Shown here piece by piece: positions 30,028 to 40,293 of a stretch of DNA of 64,000 nt. Within the stretch, counting starts at the first letter, position 1. Every line of letters begins with the position of its first letter. A model generated the notes under the pieces. It was not told the DNA's origin and did not search any database. It worked only from the letters and a program-made list of their open reading frames with translations. Position numbers and translations under genes: made by a program. The stretch is taken from positions 640,001-704,000 of the forward strand of contig OZ244922.1 in the NCBI GenBank assembly GCA_965221905.1, read 5' to 3'. This DNA comes from Chloroflexota bacterium. Lineage in GTDB: Bacteria > Chloroflexota > UBA11872 > VXOZ01.

Positions 30028-30601
30028 ATGCCCATTCAGATTGTCGAACAGTCCCCGGCTCTGCTGGGAAGCTACGGCGACATTCCCATCTCGTTCACCG
30101 TCGATTCGCAATATCAAGTCGAGGCCCTTGACCGAGGACGAGGCGGCTGGCGGCTTACGGTGGAGCGAGTAAGGCCGCCGTACGTTAGAGACTATGATGA
30201 AGGCGGCGAACGCCCTCTCCGGTGGCTGAAACGCTGGGAACTTGCGAATTGGGCGGTCCTGGCAGCCATGAGGAATGGGTCGCGGCTTGGCGGAGCCGTC
30301 GTCGCCTGGAATACGCCCGGCGTAGATATGCTGGAGGGACGCGACAATCTGGCGGTGCTTTGGGACGTACGCGTTCATCCGGACTACCGCAGAGAGGGTG
30401 TAGGCTCTCGATTGTTCCAACATGCCGCCGCATGGGCGCGGGGCCAAGAGATGTCGGCAACTCAAGATCGAGACGCAGAACATCAACGTGCGGGCGTGCA
30501 AGTTCTATGCCAAGCAGGGCTGCTATCTGGGGGCGGTACACCCCGGCGCTTACCCTGAGTTCCCCGATGAAGTCCAGCTACTCTGGTTTCTAGACCTCTA
30601 A
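30028..30601 (+). pseudogene. Streptothricin acetyltransferase-like GNAT with a 1-nt frameshift near 30440
   Basis: The first frame gives ...VHPDYRREGVGSRLF. Removing one G from the GGGG run near 30440 continues it as ARAKRCRQLKIETQNINVRACKFYAKQG...DEVQLLWFLDL-TAA (stop 30599-30601). Could be a sequencing error. Confidence 0.82.
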
Positions 30602-30763
30602 GAGGGTGTTTCCAAAGGTGTTGTCTGCACGAGTAACGTTCGCCCCCGTATCGTTTCGATACGCTGTATCGAGGTACGGGGCAGGCTCTGAGCTTGTCGA
30701 AGGGCAGTTCATACTTCGACAGGCTCAGCACGAACGGTTTTCATGGGCTTTGCAAACACCCTC
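30602..30763. mobile_element. 162-bp MITE with 16-bp terminal inverted repeats and a TAA target duplication (IS5-family-like)
   Basis: TAA|GAGGGTGTTTCCAAAG...CTTTGCAAACACCCTC|TAA, 15/16 match; no transposase inside; contains REP-B copies. Confidence 0.8.
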
Positions 30764-30940
30764 TAAGTGATTCCGCGCACACGCACTTTTCCGCTACCTA
30801 GAATCGGCTGCAGGACTGACCCCATTGCCGGACGCGCTCCGAATCTCGTGTTCAAGCTTGACGGACTTTTGCTGGCTCTGGGGGCAGATGCAAATTCTAG
30901 GCGGCACTCCAAAGCCTAACGAGCTACATCGGCCTTCACC

Positions 30941-31486
30941 TTACTCAACAGCGATCTCGGTGATGTCTTTCCAGCCGTAGGCCACCTCAATAATGTCTGT
31001 GCCGCCAATCGTGATGGTTTTTTGCTCGACGTACTCTCCTCCCATCAATTCGTAGAAATGGCGGGCCGGGTGATTGTCCTGGAGCACCCAAAGCAGCATT
31101 GAATCGAATCCGTTTGTAAGCAATTGCTGGGCCGCAGCCGAAAAGAGGAGACGGCCGACGCCCTTTCGCTGATGCTCTTCCAAGACGTAAATAGCGAATA
31201 TTTCTCCGCGGTAGAGCGGCTTACCTTCTCGTTCCGGGGCGCAATATGCGAAGCCAACTATCTCGCCCCCATCGGTCTCGGCAACAAGCATGCTTGCACC
31301 GGGTCGGTCTGCCGAGATGGCCTGGCTCCAATTTGACTCGCTATTGGCGTACGCGAGGTCGGCCAGGAAATCGGCCGGCAAGATCCCTGCATACGTGGTC
31401 CGCCACGTGTCTACGTGGACTCGTGCTATGGCGCCAGCATCCGTTGGGCCGGCCTCTCGGATGGTTATTTCCACGCCATTATTCAT
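30941..31486 (-). CDS. GNAT N-acetyltransferase
   Basis: HVDTWRTTYAGI, QRKGVG and LWVLQDN..ARHFYE motifs; ATGA overlap with the A2M stop. Confidence 0.92.
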   Translation of the reverse strand: MNNGVEITIREAGPTDAGAIARVHVDTWRTTYAGILPADFLADLAYANSESNWSQAISADRPGASMLVAETDGGEIVGFAYCAPEREGKPLYRGEIFAIYVLEEHQRKGVGRLLFSAAAQQLLTNGFDSMLLWVLQDNHPARHFYELMGGEYVEQKTITIGGTDIIEVAYGWKDITEIAVE

Positions 31487-34400
31487 TCCGTCACGGTCAA
31501 GGCGCCGCCGAGCGTTTCGCCGCGATGCTCAGGACGGTAATACGAGTAGACCTGGGAGACTACCTCTTTGGCCCGCACGGGGTATTTCGCTCGTGCTTGG
31601 AATGCAAAGGTGAATGTCTGCCCGGCCTGCATGGTGTCGATGTAGAGAATGACCTTGCGGCCTGCAATCTCGAAGCGCTTGAGGTTTTCGTATTCGTCGA
31701 CGAGGGCTGCCACCGTTTCACGCACCGGCTCAAAGCCTGTCGGCACGGCCACGTCGAGGACGACCATGCCGGCTTCGATCTGTTGGGGAGGCGTGAAGGT
31801 GATGGAGGCGGATACGGTAATGAGATCGTCAACCGCGACATGCTCGGTACCGTAATCCACAGTGATCTCAAACACGTCCGGTATTTCCGTTTGCCGCTCC
31901 GGCACGTTGTAGCGCAGGACCGATTGCAGGACCGCAGTACCTCTGCCGGCGGCTGTCATGACTACCGTGTTACCGAGCGGGACCTGCACGATCTGCATCA
32001 CCTCGGCGTTCTCCGGTGTGATGCGCACTTCTTTGCGCCATTCGCCGCTTGCCAGCACGACGGTCATATCGACGTTTGAGCCCACCTCTGCGGTGAAGGA
32101 CGCCAGGCCCTGGAGACTGACAACCGTATCTTGCGTCGAGTCGTAACCGCCCAGCGCATTGCGCTGTCCGACGAGCCACTTGGCCGCCTGGCCGGCATTT
32201 GCCAAGTCGTCATGCGCCAACAGGGTAAGCAGCGCGTAGCCGGTTGTCTCGATAGCGGCGCTGCGGTACCCGTGCCCGCCGCCCCAATTGAGCGCGCCAT
32301 TTGCATCCTCTTCAGCCATGGTCATGAGCTTGGCGTGGGCGTCTGCCGCCAGCGCGCTATCGGCAATTGCCAGCGCGTAAGCGACTATCGCCATGGTGTA
32401 GGGATCTTCTATGGCCTCCAGCTTGCCTTCTAGGTACTGGATCGCGGGAAAGGCTCCGTAGAAGGCCCCAAAGCTGGGACCGGCTTCCATGAGGGCAATC
32501 GCCACGTACGCCGTGAGGGCATCGCGCCCATGCAAGCCCCCAAGGAGACCTTGATTGTGGACGAAACCGACGCTCTCAAATGAACCGTCAGCCAATTGAT
32601 GTCGCTCGATCCAAGCTGCGGTACGTTCTAGAACCACGGGGTCGATATAGATAATCTCCCGCGACTCGGCAAAGGTCTTGAGGACGAATGACGTAAGCCA
32701 CAGGCTGCCCTCGGCGTCGCTGTCGCCGTAGGCGGAAAAACTGCCGTCACGCCGCTGGTACGTCATTTCCCGCTGATAGCCAACCAGCATGAGGTGTTCG
32801 GCCTTGGCCATGATTTCGGGCTTCAGTTGATCGGTCTCCTTCAGGTACCGCGTGACGAACACGTTCGGTGCGAAGAGAACCATGTTCTGCTCGCCGCAGC
32901 CGAAAGGCATTTGCAACAGCTTATCGAGGCCTTCGATGCTTTGCGTCATGAGGCTGCCCGTCAGCGCGATGTACGCGCGGCCGGAACCCGCGATGGCATC
33001 GGACGGCAGGTAGGGCAGGAATTCATGGTGGAATACACCGGTCAGCAGATGGTTGCCGACGATTTCAACCGGGATGCCCTCAGGTTCCACCTGCAGGTTC
33101 TTGATGACGGCGTCAGCCGCCTCTGTGCTGCGGGCGGTAATCTTGATGGGGTTACGGCCTAGTCCCGTGGGGCGAATCATGAACTCTACGCCGCCGATGT
33201 CATTGGCGTCAACCGTAACCGACTGCAGGGACTCGTCGAGCAGATCGAACCAATCGGCCTCCTCGATCTCGACGAAGAATTCCTGCGACGTTTCACGGTA
33301 ATTGAAGAGGGCAATCTTGACCGGCAGTTCCTCGCCGCGGATCGCGGAAACCGGCAAGTCAACGGTCAGGAAGAACGGCTGGAAGACGCGCAGTGTGCTG
33401 TCTCCCATACCCAAGCCGTGTTCCTTGGACATGCCTACGCCACGGAGCACCCACGTGGTGATACTGTCGGGGGCCGTAACCGGCAGGACGGCGCGGCCGT
33501 CTGCGTCCGTCTGGACGTCTTGCCAGATCCACGTCTCCGGGAAGAATTGGCGCACCCGCTGGACTTCCGCGAGGTTTTCTGAAGGGGCGGATTCGGCTTC
33601 TGCCATTTCCTCCTTCATCTCTGCCGCAGGCGCTTCTTCCATGGCTGGAGCGCTTGCGGCACCCCACGATTCGAACCAACTCCGCCGCCGCGGCGGCCGA
33701 TAAAGCCATCTGCCCTCCGGCACCTCCTTGTTCGTTAAGACGACCGCCCCGGCGGCAGCGAAGGTCTCGGAGGCGCCGCGCGTTTCAATCGTGTAGGAAA
33801 TATCTACGTCGTGGAGTTCAATTTGCGGCTGTTGGTAGAGCCGCTCAAGCTCATTGAAGATTTGCTGGAGATTGAGCCTGTTCTCGGCCAGAATGAATAC
33901 CGATCTGTCGACAGCCACGAGTCCGACCCGCGACTCTCCTTCTGTTTGGACGTTGACGTCAACCGGGTCTCCCGGCCTGACCTCCTCCGCGCTAAAGCCG
34001 ACCTGTACGTCGTGGGCATACGCCCCCTGGACGCTGAACGGCAGATAGTCGGCGGCGATCTCGTTATTCGGCAGAATCTGGTAGACGAGAATGCGGGATG
34101 ACGGCGCCATAAGTTCCGTTGCCGTGAAGGAAATGTCCGGGCTTGAAGCTACATCAGTAAATACCACGGCGCCTCTGGAAAGCACCTCGTAGTAGAAGTT
34201 GCGCGCTTCGCGCGTCGAATGGACGCGAAACTGCACCGCATCGCCAACAGCGATGTTGCCTTCAGTTACCTGCTCGACGTGGATGAAGTTGTCCGAAGGC
34301 GAGTGGCCCGACCGCAATACTAAGGACGTGTACGATCTACCCGCGCGCGCCTCAAGGCTCAAAGCGGCGGCAAATGCAGGCGCGGTGGCCTTTACGATGG

Positions 34401-35664
34401 CCTTGCCTCTTTCAGTCACAACTCGGATCGTCTCTGTTGATGCTTCCTGGAAGGCCTCGTTTAAGTAGGTGATGGTGATGGATACGTCGGTATCGACCGG
34501 CGTGCCGTCGGGAGTCTGGGCGATGATGAGGTATCCCATTGGCAAGCAGGGCTTGAGTATGCGGCTTTCCGGAATTACCTTGAGTGTTGCGGTTGCGGCC
34601 GCGACCGTGAGCAACTTCGATGTCTTCTGCTCATAGCCAGTGCTCTTCTCGCGGACGGTCACCTCGAGCGAGACGTTCCCTTGACCGCCGGACTGGGGAA
34701 TACCGGCCACGAATCGCACCGGCGGCAACTCGAAGGTAGTCTCGCCGTCAATAGGGCCGCTAAAGCGGGCATATTCCTCCCATCGGCCGACGTAGCGCGA
34801 TGCCACAATCTCGACCTCCCCCACCACCGGCTTGCCGAACGAGTATTCGCTAGCGACCGTACCGGTGATCGGTTCGTCGGCGAGCACCCAATCACGTTCG
34901 GTCGCAATACTGACCTCATACTTGGGCAGAACATACCGCTCGACGCGCACGTCAAGTTGGGTCTTCTGATCGCCCGCCAGCGCGGTGAGTTTCCACACGC
35001 CGAGGTTTGGCTCGACCGACAAGGGCATGTCAACAGTCACCATGCCATAGTCGTCGGTATCGACCTCTTTTCTAAAGACCTTGATGCCTTTGGCATCTTG
35101 CACTTCGATGGTCGCGGCAGAGGGCCAGGGCTTGAGTGCGGCGTCCAGAGTCATGAGACGTATGTGTACCGTCTGGCCGGGTTGGTAGATGGGCTTGTCG
35201 GTTTCAACGAAGAGGAGCAGACCGTCTACGACATCCACAAACGCTCTGCGCACTTCCGGCACATTGTCTACTCGCACTTCCACCTCGTACCGAGAGCGCT
35301 CAAGGCGCGGCACTGGGAGCATGACATTAGCCGTCCCCACCACTGTGGCGGTGATAGCTTGGACCGCAGTGCCACCGTCGAAGAGGGATACCCGCACGTT
35401 ACCGGAGGCGGGCCGGTCGCCGTTGAAGAGTGATATCGAAATCTGCTCGGTGTAGCCCCGGCGCAGCCTTTGCGGCACGACTGCGACGTAGCTGTCCGGC
35501 TTGAGGTTAAGGTCTACCACCCCGGCTTGCGGCAATATGCCGGTTGACGCGGTCTCCTGCGGGCACTTCTTATCAAGATATTTGATTACTTCCGGACCCT
35601 CGCCGCAGCTTGCTAGCGCCAGCATGAGGATTGCCATTAGGACGAAGGTCGTGAGCTTCCGCAT
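31483..35664 (-). CDS. Alpha-2-macroglobulin/thioester-containing lipoprotein
   Basis: Lipobox LASC; ETDKPIYQPG, YVLPKYEV, FPETWIW, PDSITTW, FQPFF, thioester GCGEQ (32887-32901), WLTSFV, STQDT and YSYYRP motifs. Confidence 0.95.
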   Translation of the reverse strand: MRKLTTFVLMAILMLALASCGEGPEVIKYLDKKCPQETASTGILPQAGVVDLNLKPDSYVAVVPQRLRRGYTEQISISLFNGDRPASGNVRVSLFDGGTAVQAITATVVGTANVMLPVPRLERSRYEVEVRVDNVPEVRRAFVDVVDGLLLFVETDKPIYQPGQTVHIRLMTLDAALKPWPSAATIEVQDAKGIKVFRKEVDTDDYGMVTVDMPLSVEPNLGVWKLTALAGDQKTQLDVRVERYVLPKYEVSIATERDWVLADEPITGTVASEYSFGKPVVGEVEIVASRYVGRWEEYARFSGPIDGETTFELPPVRFVAGIPQSGGQGNVSLEVTVREKSTGYEQKTSKLLTVAAATATLKVIPESRILKPCLPMGYLIIAQTPDGTPVDTDVSITITYLNEAFQEASTETIRVVTERGKAIVKATAPAFAAALSLEARAGRSYTSLVLRSGHSPSDNFIHVEQVTEGNIAVGDAVQFRVHSTREARNFYYEVLSRGAVVFTDVASSPDISFTATELMAPSSRILVYQILPNNEIAADYLPFSVQGAYAHDVQVGFSAEEVRPGDPVDVNVQTEGESRVGLVAVDRSVFILAENRLNLQQIFNELERLYQQPQIELHDVDISYTIETRGASETFAAAGAVVLTNKEVPEGRWLYRPPRRRSWFESWGAASAPAMEEAPAAEMKEEMAEAESAPSENLAEVQRVRQFFPETWIWQDVQTDADGRAVLPVTAPDSITTWVLRGVGMSKEHGLGMGDSTLRVFQPFFLTVDLPVSAIRGEELPVKIALFNYRETSQEFFVEIEEADWFDLLDESLQSVTVDANDIGGVEFMIRPTGLGRNPIKITARSTEAADAVIKNLQVEPEGIPVEIVGNHLLTGVFHHEFLPYLPSDAIAGSGRAYIALTGSLMTQSIEGLDKLLQMPFGCGEQNMVLFAPNVFVTRYLKETDQLKPEIMAKAEHLMLVGYQREMTYQRRDGSFSAYGDSDAEGSLWLTSFVLKTFAESREIIYIDPVVLERTAAWIERHQLADGSFESVGFVHNQGLLGGLHGRDALTAYVAIALMEAGPSFGAFYGAFPAIQYLEGKLEAIEDPYTMAIVAYALAIADSALAADAHAKLMTMAEEDANGALNWGGGHGYRSAAIETTGYALLTLLAHDDLANAGQAAKWLVGQRNALGGYDSTQDTVVSLQGLASFTAEVGSNVDMTVVLASGEWRKEVRITPENAEVMQIVQVPLGNTVVMTAAGRGTAVLQSVLRYNVPERQTEIPDVFEITVDYGTEHVAVDDLITVSASITFTPPQQIEAGMVVLDVAVPTGFEPVRETVAALVDEYENLKRFEIAGRKVILYIDTMQAGQTFTFAFQARAKYPVRAKEVVSQVYSYYRPEHRGETLGGALTVTE

Positions 35665-35988
35665 CGCACATCTACTCCCGAAACTCGGTGTGTATCCCAC
35701 TGCCTACGGTTAGGCTGGTTTCTAGCGCCGGAGGAATGCGTTGTGAGGCGCATTGACTGGATGAAACTTCGAATGGGTTTGCCAATTGTCCCAATGGTAG
35801 CTACAACAGGACCCGTGCACAAGCTTTGCGTTGGCCGCTAGACTCTGCAACGCAAGTAATCTGTGGGAAGACTCATGTCCTTGCCTGAGTGGTCCGTGGC
35901 CGAGGCGGCCTCATCCCGTCACTCCTCCACGTCCGCTCAAGACGTTAGGGTCGCTCACAACCGGCGCCCAGGGCAGCGAAATGAGGCG

Positions 35989-37605
35989 CTACCGATCCAA
36001 GAGCCGTTGGGCGATTTCCTTCGCCTCGTCGAGGCTCTTGACGAAGTGCGCGGTGGGCACCCGGTGCAGCACGTTGAGCGCCCGCAGAGTCGCGGCGGGC
36101 GGGCCGGTGAGGCCCATGATGATGCACTCGGTTTCCTCAGCGATAGCGCTATCGATCATTTGCTCGACCACCAGTGCGGCGCTGTCGTCTACGTAGACCG
36201 TATCGGAGAAGTCGAGAATCACGATCTCGTGGTCCCGGATGTCCACGCTGATGGTGTTGATCAGCTTGTTCGAGGAGGCGACGGAGAAGCTGCCTCTCAG
36301 CGCCACCAGGCCCACGCGCGCGGAGAATTCATCTGTCTCTTCCGCGCTTTCGTCACTCTCCAGGAAACTCTGGTCCAGCAGCGGCACCGAGACCACTCTA
36401 TCGAGTTCCAGGCGCTCGAACTGGCGTGCGCCGGCCATGCCGGCGGCAATCAGGCCGATGGCGACGGCGGTAACCAGGTCTACGAAGACGGTGAGCGCCA
36501 GGGTGATCAGCATGACGAGCAGGTGTTCGCGCTGCACGCGGTGAATCCGCAAGATGAATCGCCAATCGATGATGTCCCAGCCGACCTTCATCAGGATGCC
36601 GGCGAGCACCGCGTGGGGAATCGCCTCAACGTACTTGCCGAGACCCAACACGAGCGCCAGCAGGATTGCCGCCCGCAAGGCTCCCGATACTTGCGTCTGT
36701 CCGCCGGCGCGGATGTTCACCACCGTCCCCAGGGTGGCTCCGGCGCCCGGCAGGCCGCCGATAAATCCGGCTACTACGTTGCCGATCCCCTGGCCTACCA
36801 ACTCGCGGTTTGGGTTGTGACGAGTGCGGGTCATGGCATCGGCGATGAGGGAGGTAAGCAGGCTGTCGATGGAGCCGAGCAGCGCGAGGATCAATGCGGG
36901 TTCTATGGCTCTTACCAATAAGGAGAGAGAAAGCACGGGCAGCTCTATTTGCGGCAAACCGGTAGGTACCTCGCCAATCACCGGCGTGTTCGTCAACCAC
37001 AGTACGCCGAGCAGCGTACCGGCAACGAGGGCCGCCAATGTGGGAGGAAAATATCTCCGCAATTGCTGGGGCCACAACACGCCTACCGCGAGAGTCACTG
37101 CGGCAATGGCGAGCGCACTGAAGTTGGCGTTATTAATCGCGTTCGGCAAGGCCCGAACTACCCCAACCGGCCCGCCCGTGGCGCCGGTCGCGCCCAGGAA
37201 CGGCAGAGTCTGCAAGAGCATGATGATAATGCCGATGCCGGACATGAACCCGGAAATCACCGAATACGGCGTGAAGGCGACGAAGCGGCCGATGCGCATC
37301 ACGCCCAGCAGGATTTGTATGATGCCGGCCATGATAACGATGGTGAAGGCTTCGGCGAGGGTGTCGGCGTGGGTGGTGACGATAACCGCCATGGCCACGG
37401 CCATGGGGCCCGTGGGACCCGAGATTTGAGACCTCGTTCCGCCGAAAACCGTCGCGAAGAAGCCGACAGCAATTGCCCCGTAAATGCCGGCAAGCGCTCC
37501 CAGACCGGACGCCACACCGAAGGCCAACGCTACCGGCAGGCCCACCACGGCAGCGGTAATGCCGCCGAACAGGTCGCCCCGAAGTGTTTGAAGGTTGTAG
37601 GTCAC
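35989..37605 (-). CDS. SulP family inorganic anion transporter with STAS domain (BicA-like)
   Basis: GDLFGGITAAVVGLPVALAFG, QISGPTG, NRELVGQGIGN and C-terminal ILDFS..VYVDDS motifs. Confidence 0.92.
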   Translation of the reverse strand: MTYNLQTLRGDLFGGITAAVVGLPVALAFGVASGLGALAGIYGAIAVGFFATVFGGTRSQISGPTGPMAVAMAVIVTTHADTLAEAFTIVIMAGIIQILLGVMRIGRFVAFTPYSVISGFMSGIGIIIMLLQTLPFLGATGATGGPVGVVRALPNAINNANFSALAIAAVTLAVGVLWPQQLRRYFPPTLAALVAGTLLGVLWLTNTPVIGEVPTGLPQIELPVLSLSLLVRAIEPALILALLGSIDSLLTSLIADAMTRTRHNPNRELVGQGIGNVVAGFIGGLPGAGATLGTVVNIRAGGQTQVSGALRAAILLALVLGLGKYVEAIPHAVLAGILMKVGWDIIDWRFILRIHRVQREHLLVMLITLALTVFVDLVTAVAIGLIAAGMAGARQFERLELDRVVSVPLLDQSFLESDESAEETDEFSARVGLVALRGSFSVASSNKLINTISVDIRDHEIVILDFSDTVYVDDSAALVVEQMIDSAIAEETECIIMGLTGPPAATLRALNVLHRVPTAHFVKSLDEAKEIAQRLLDR

Positions 37606-38068
37606 TATGGCTCTTCCAAGAGAATTGAGCGGAGTGTGCTTACTGCAAATCCTTGGTAACCGGTCTGGCCGCAAGTCACCCAATGGGAAGGCGCGGCTGC
37701 TCGGATGTCTGCCGGGAGGTAGCAGTACCGCACGCTGCTGGGCCTTGCTGGCGGGCTCTCACGACTCTGCCGACGGCAGCTTCTCCAAGCGTTGGAAAAC
37801 GAATATTCAAAGGTCACTAAATATTCCACAGCGAGTAAAATGCTACCACAACAGAATTGGCACGTCCGGGCTAGTCCACCGACACGAGTCGCTCAGAATA
37901 AGACCCGTTTAGTGGGGCCGGCAAGAGGATTTCCCCATAGATCGACGGAACAAAGTGCAGGGTGGGTTAGCATCGTTCCGCGCTTGAGATTCGAGCGCCT
38001 CGTGCGCGCAGAGAAGCAAGAATTTAGCAGACTGGCGGCACCACGAGCGCGAGAAGAGAAAGACCGCG

Positions 38069-39094
38069 TCAGGCTTCGTGTTCCAAGTGCCGCAGTTGCT
38101 CGTCGTGCCCCACCAGCACAACCCTATCGCCCGATTCCATGATCGTTTGCTCATCCGGTGTGAGCAGCAACCTGCCGCCTAGCTTGCTTACCGCGAGCAC
38201 TCGCACTTGATGCCCTGTTTCTAGTCCGGCAATGGTTGCTCCCACGAGCATCGAACCGGGCGCGACGGCAATCTCGGCGATCCGAGGGCTGACGCGGGCG
38301 TGATCCACGACACTATCGAAGTAGTCTGCCGCGAGCGGCTTGACGGCAGAGAGCGCCATGCGCCGCCCACCGATGCGGTACGGCGTGACGACCCGATCTG
38401 CGCCCGCCAACCTGAGCTTATCTCTGGTTTCAACGGCATCAGCGCGCGCGACTATGGTGAGATTGGGGTTGATAGCGTTGGCGGTAAGGGTTATGAGGAC
38501 GTTGTCGCTGTCGCTGCCGGTGGCGGCGATGAGGCCCCGGGCACGTTCGATCCCCGCTTCGAGGAGGGTCGCATTGTGGGTGGCATCTTTGCAGATGGCC
38601 AGGAGACCGTCCTCCTCCGCAGCGGCTATGGCGGCATCAGTGCTGTCAACGACGACTACGTCCACGTCTTCACCTTGAATCGCGGCGGCGGCTTCACGGC
38701 CCACTCTGCCGAAACCACAGAGTATGAAATGCGCTTCCACCGCATCGATCTTCTTTTTCATTCGTCGCCTCCGCATGAATACTCTGAGTACCTCGTCCTC
38801 TACCACGGTCTGCACGGTCACGGTGAGAATGTAGAGCATCAGCCCGACACCGCCCAACATGATGAAGAGGTTGAAAACGCGACCGAGCGGTGAAAGGGGC
38901 TGCACCTCTTCATACCCTACCGTCGTCATGGTGAGCACCGTCATGTAGACGGCGTCGAAAAGGCTCCAGCCTTCGATCACCACGTAGCCCGTGGAGCCCA
39001 CCAGAAAGATGATAGCAAGCGCCAGCCCGCCGCGCGTGAGACGGCTCGCGGCAATTGCCGCTAGGATATCGTGTAGATGGTGTCTGATAGCCAC
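38069..39094 (-). CDS. Potassium channel protein with TrkA-N/TrkA-C (RCK) domains
   Basis: Two TM helices with a TTVGY filter, GFGRVG Rossmann motif and a C-terminal RCK_C domain. Confidence 0.92.
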   Translation of the reverse strand: MAIRHHLHDILAAIAASRLTRGGLALAIIFLVGSTGYVVIEGWSLFDAVYMTVLTMTTVGYEEVQPLSPLGRVFNLFIMLGGVGLMLYILTVTVQTVVEDEVLRVFMRRRRMKKKIDAVEAHFILCGFGRVGREAAAAIQGEDVDVVVVDSTDAAIAAAEEDGLLAICKDATHNATLLEAGIERARGLIAATGSDSDNVLITLTANAINPNLTIVARADAVETRDKLRLAGADRVVTPYRIGGRRMALSAVKPLAADYFDSVVDHARVSPRIAEIAVAPGSMLVGATIAGLETGHQVRVLAVSKLGGRLLLTPDEQTIMESGDRVVLVGHDEQLRHLEHEA

Positions 39095-39466
39095 GTTTAA
39101 TCTCTGGGGGCCTTAGCTGAGATTGGGAAACTGACGGTACAGAAAGGTGAGCCCTGCGCTTGGCTCTCAGCCGGAGATATTGGATCGAGTACTGCCTCCG
39201 CCCTTGCCGCGCACAATCGGCTCAAGCGAGCGGTGTTTCTAATTTACTCCAGCAATTCTAGCACACGCATGTGCGAGTGAATTTTCTCCAGATTGGGTGG
39301 CTCAAAGGAGCTAAACTCACTTGAAATCGAGCTAACTTGGAGAGAGTTCATTCGCGTGGTATGTTTCTGATAGTGGACTTTGACACGCGAATCTAAGCAG
39401 CCTGCCTGGTTTCCATGGGGTAGCGCGTAGCGGTTTACTATCGACAGGTTGGAGTTAGAACCAGCA

Positions 39467-39784
39467 ATGATGCTCAAACAAGAAGTCTTGGAAGACATTA
39501 TCAACAGAATTGTCGAGACTGTCCGACCAGAGAAGATAATTCTATTCGGCTCGGCCGCTCGCGGCGAGATGGGACCGAACAGCGACGTCGACTTGCTCAT
39601 AATCCGAAAGGGTGGACACTCGCGCAAATTGGTGGGGCAGATTTACCGCAACTTGCATGGCGTCGGTGCGGCAGTGGACGCCGTTATGGTCTCTCCCACG
39701 GACGTGGAGCGCTATAAAGACAGCCACGCGCTGATTATCAAACCGGCACTGGCGGAGGGAAGAGTCGTGTATGATGCCTCCTGA
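39467..39784 (+). CDS. Minimal nucleotidyltransferase (MNT) antitoxin
   Basis: LFGSAARGE..PNSDVDLL motif. Confidence 0.9.
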   Translation: MMLKQEVLEDIINRIVETVRPEKIILFGSAARGEMGPNSDVDLLIIRKGGHSRKLVGQIYRNLHGVGAAVDAVMVSPTDVERYKDSHALIIKPALAEGRVVYDAS

Positions 39785-40163
39785 ACGCTTCCCACCGGAT
39801 GACCCCAGGGAATGGCTGAACCGCGCCAAGAGCAATCTGGCAATGGCAATCAACCGAACCCCCGATGTCTATTTGGAGGACCTGTGCTTTGAGGCCCAAC
39901 AGGCGGCGGAGAAGGCTATTAAGGCCGTAATGATGATGCGCGGCATCGACTTCCCCTATGTGCATGACTTGGCTCGGCTGCTGTCTTTGCTCGAGGAAAC
40001 AGGGGAATCACTGCCGGAGATCGTTACACAGGCTGAGGAACTGACTCAATACGCTACGGCGACGCGCTATCCAACCCTCGAACAACCGGTTACCGAACGG
40101 GACTACAATGAAGCAATAAGGGTCGCCGAGGCCGTTGTTCGCTGGGCCGAGGGACTCGAATGA
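39771..40163 (+). CDS. HEPN domain protein
   Basis: CFEAQQAAEKAIKA, HDLARL and TRYP motifs; overlaps the MNT stop. Confidence 0.9.
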   Translation: MMPPERFPPDDPREWLNRAKSNLAMAINRTPDVYLEDLCFEAQQAAEKAIKAVMMMRGIDFPYVHDLARLLSLLEETGESLPEIVTQAEELTQYATATRYPTLEQPVTERDYNEAIRVAEAVVRWAEGLE

Positions 40164-40293
40164 CAAACTCTACAGTCTCCCCTCGGCGACTAGACTCTTG
40201 ACTGGGAATCTCGTGTGAAAACCCATATGCCGTGCAATTTGGTGATTGAGATGTGCTCTCCTTAGAGCATTGCAAATTCGTTTCCATCTTACG

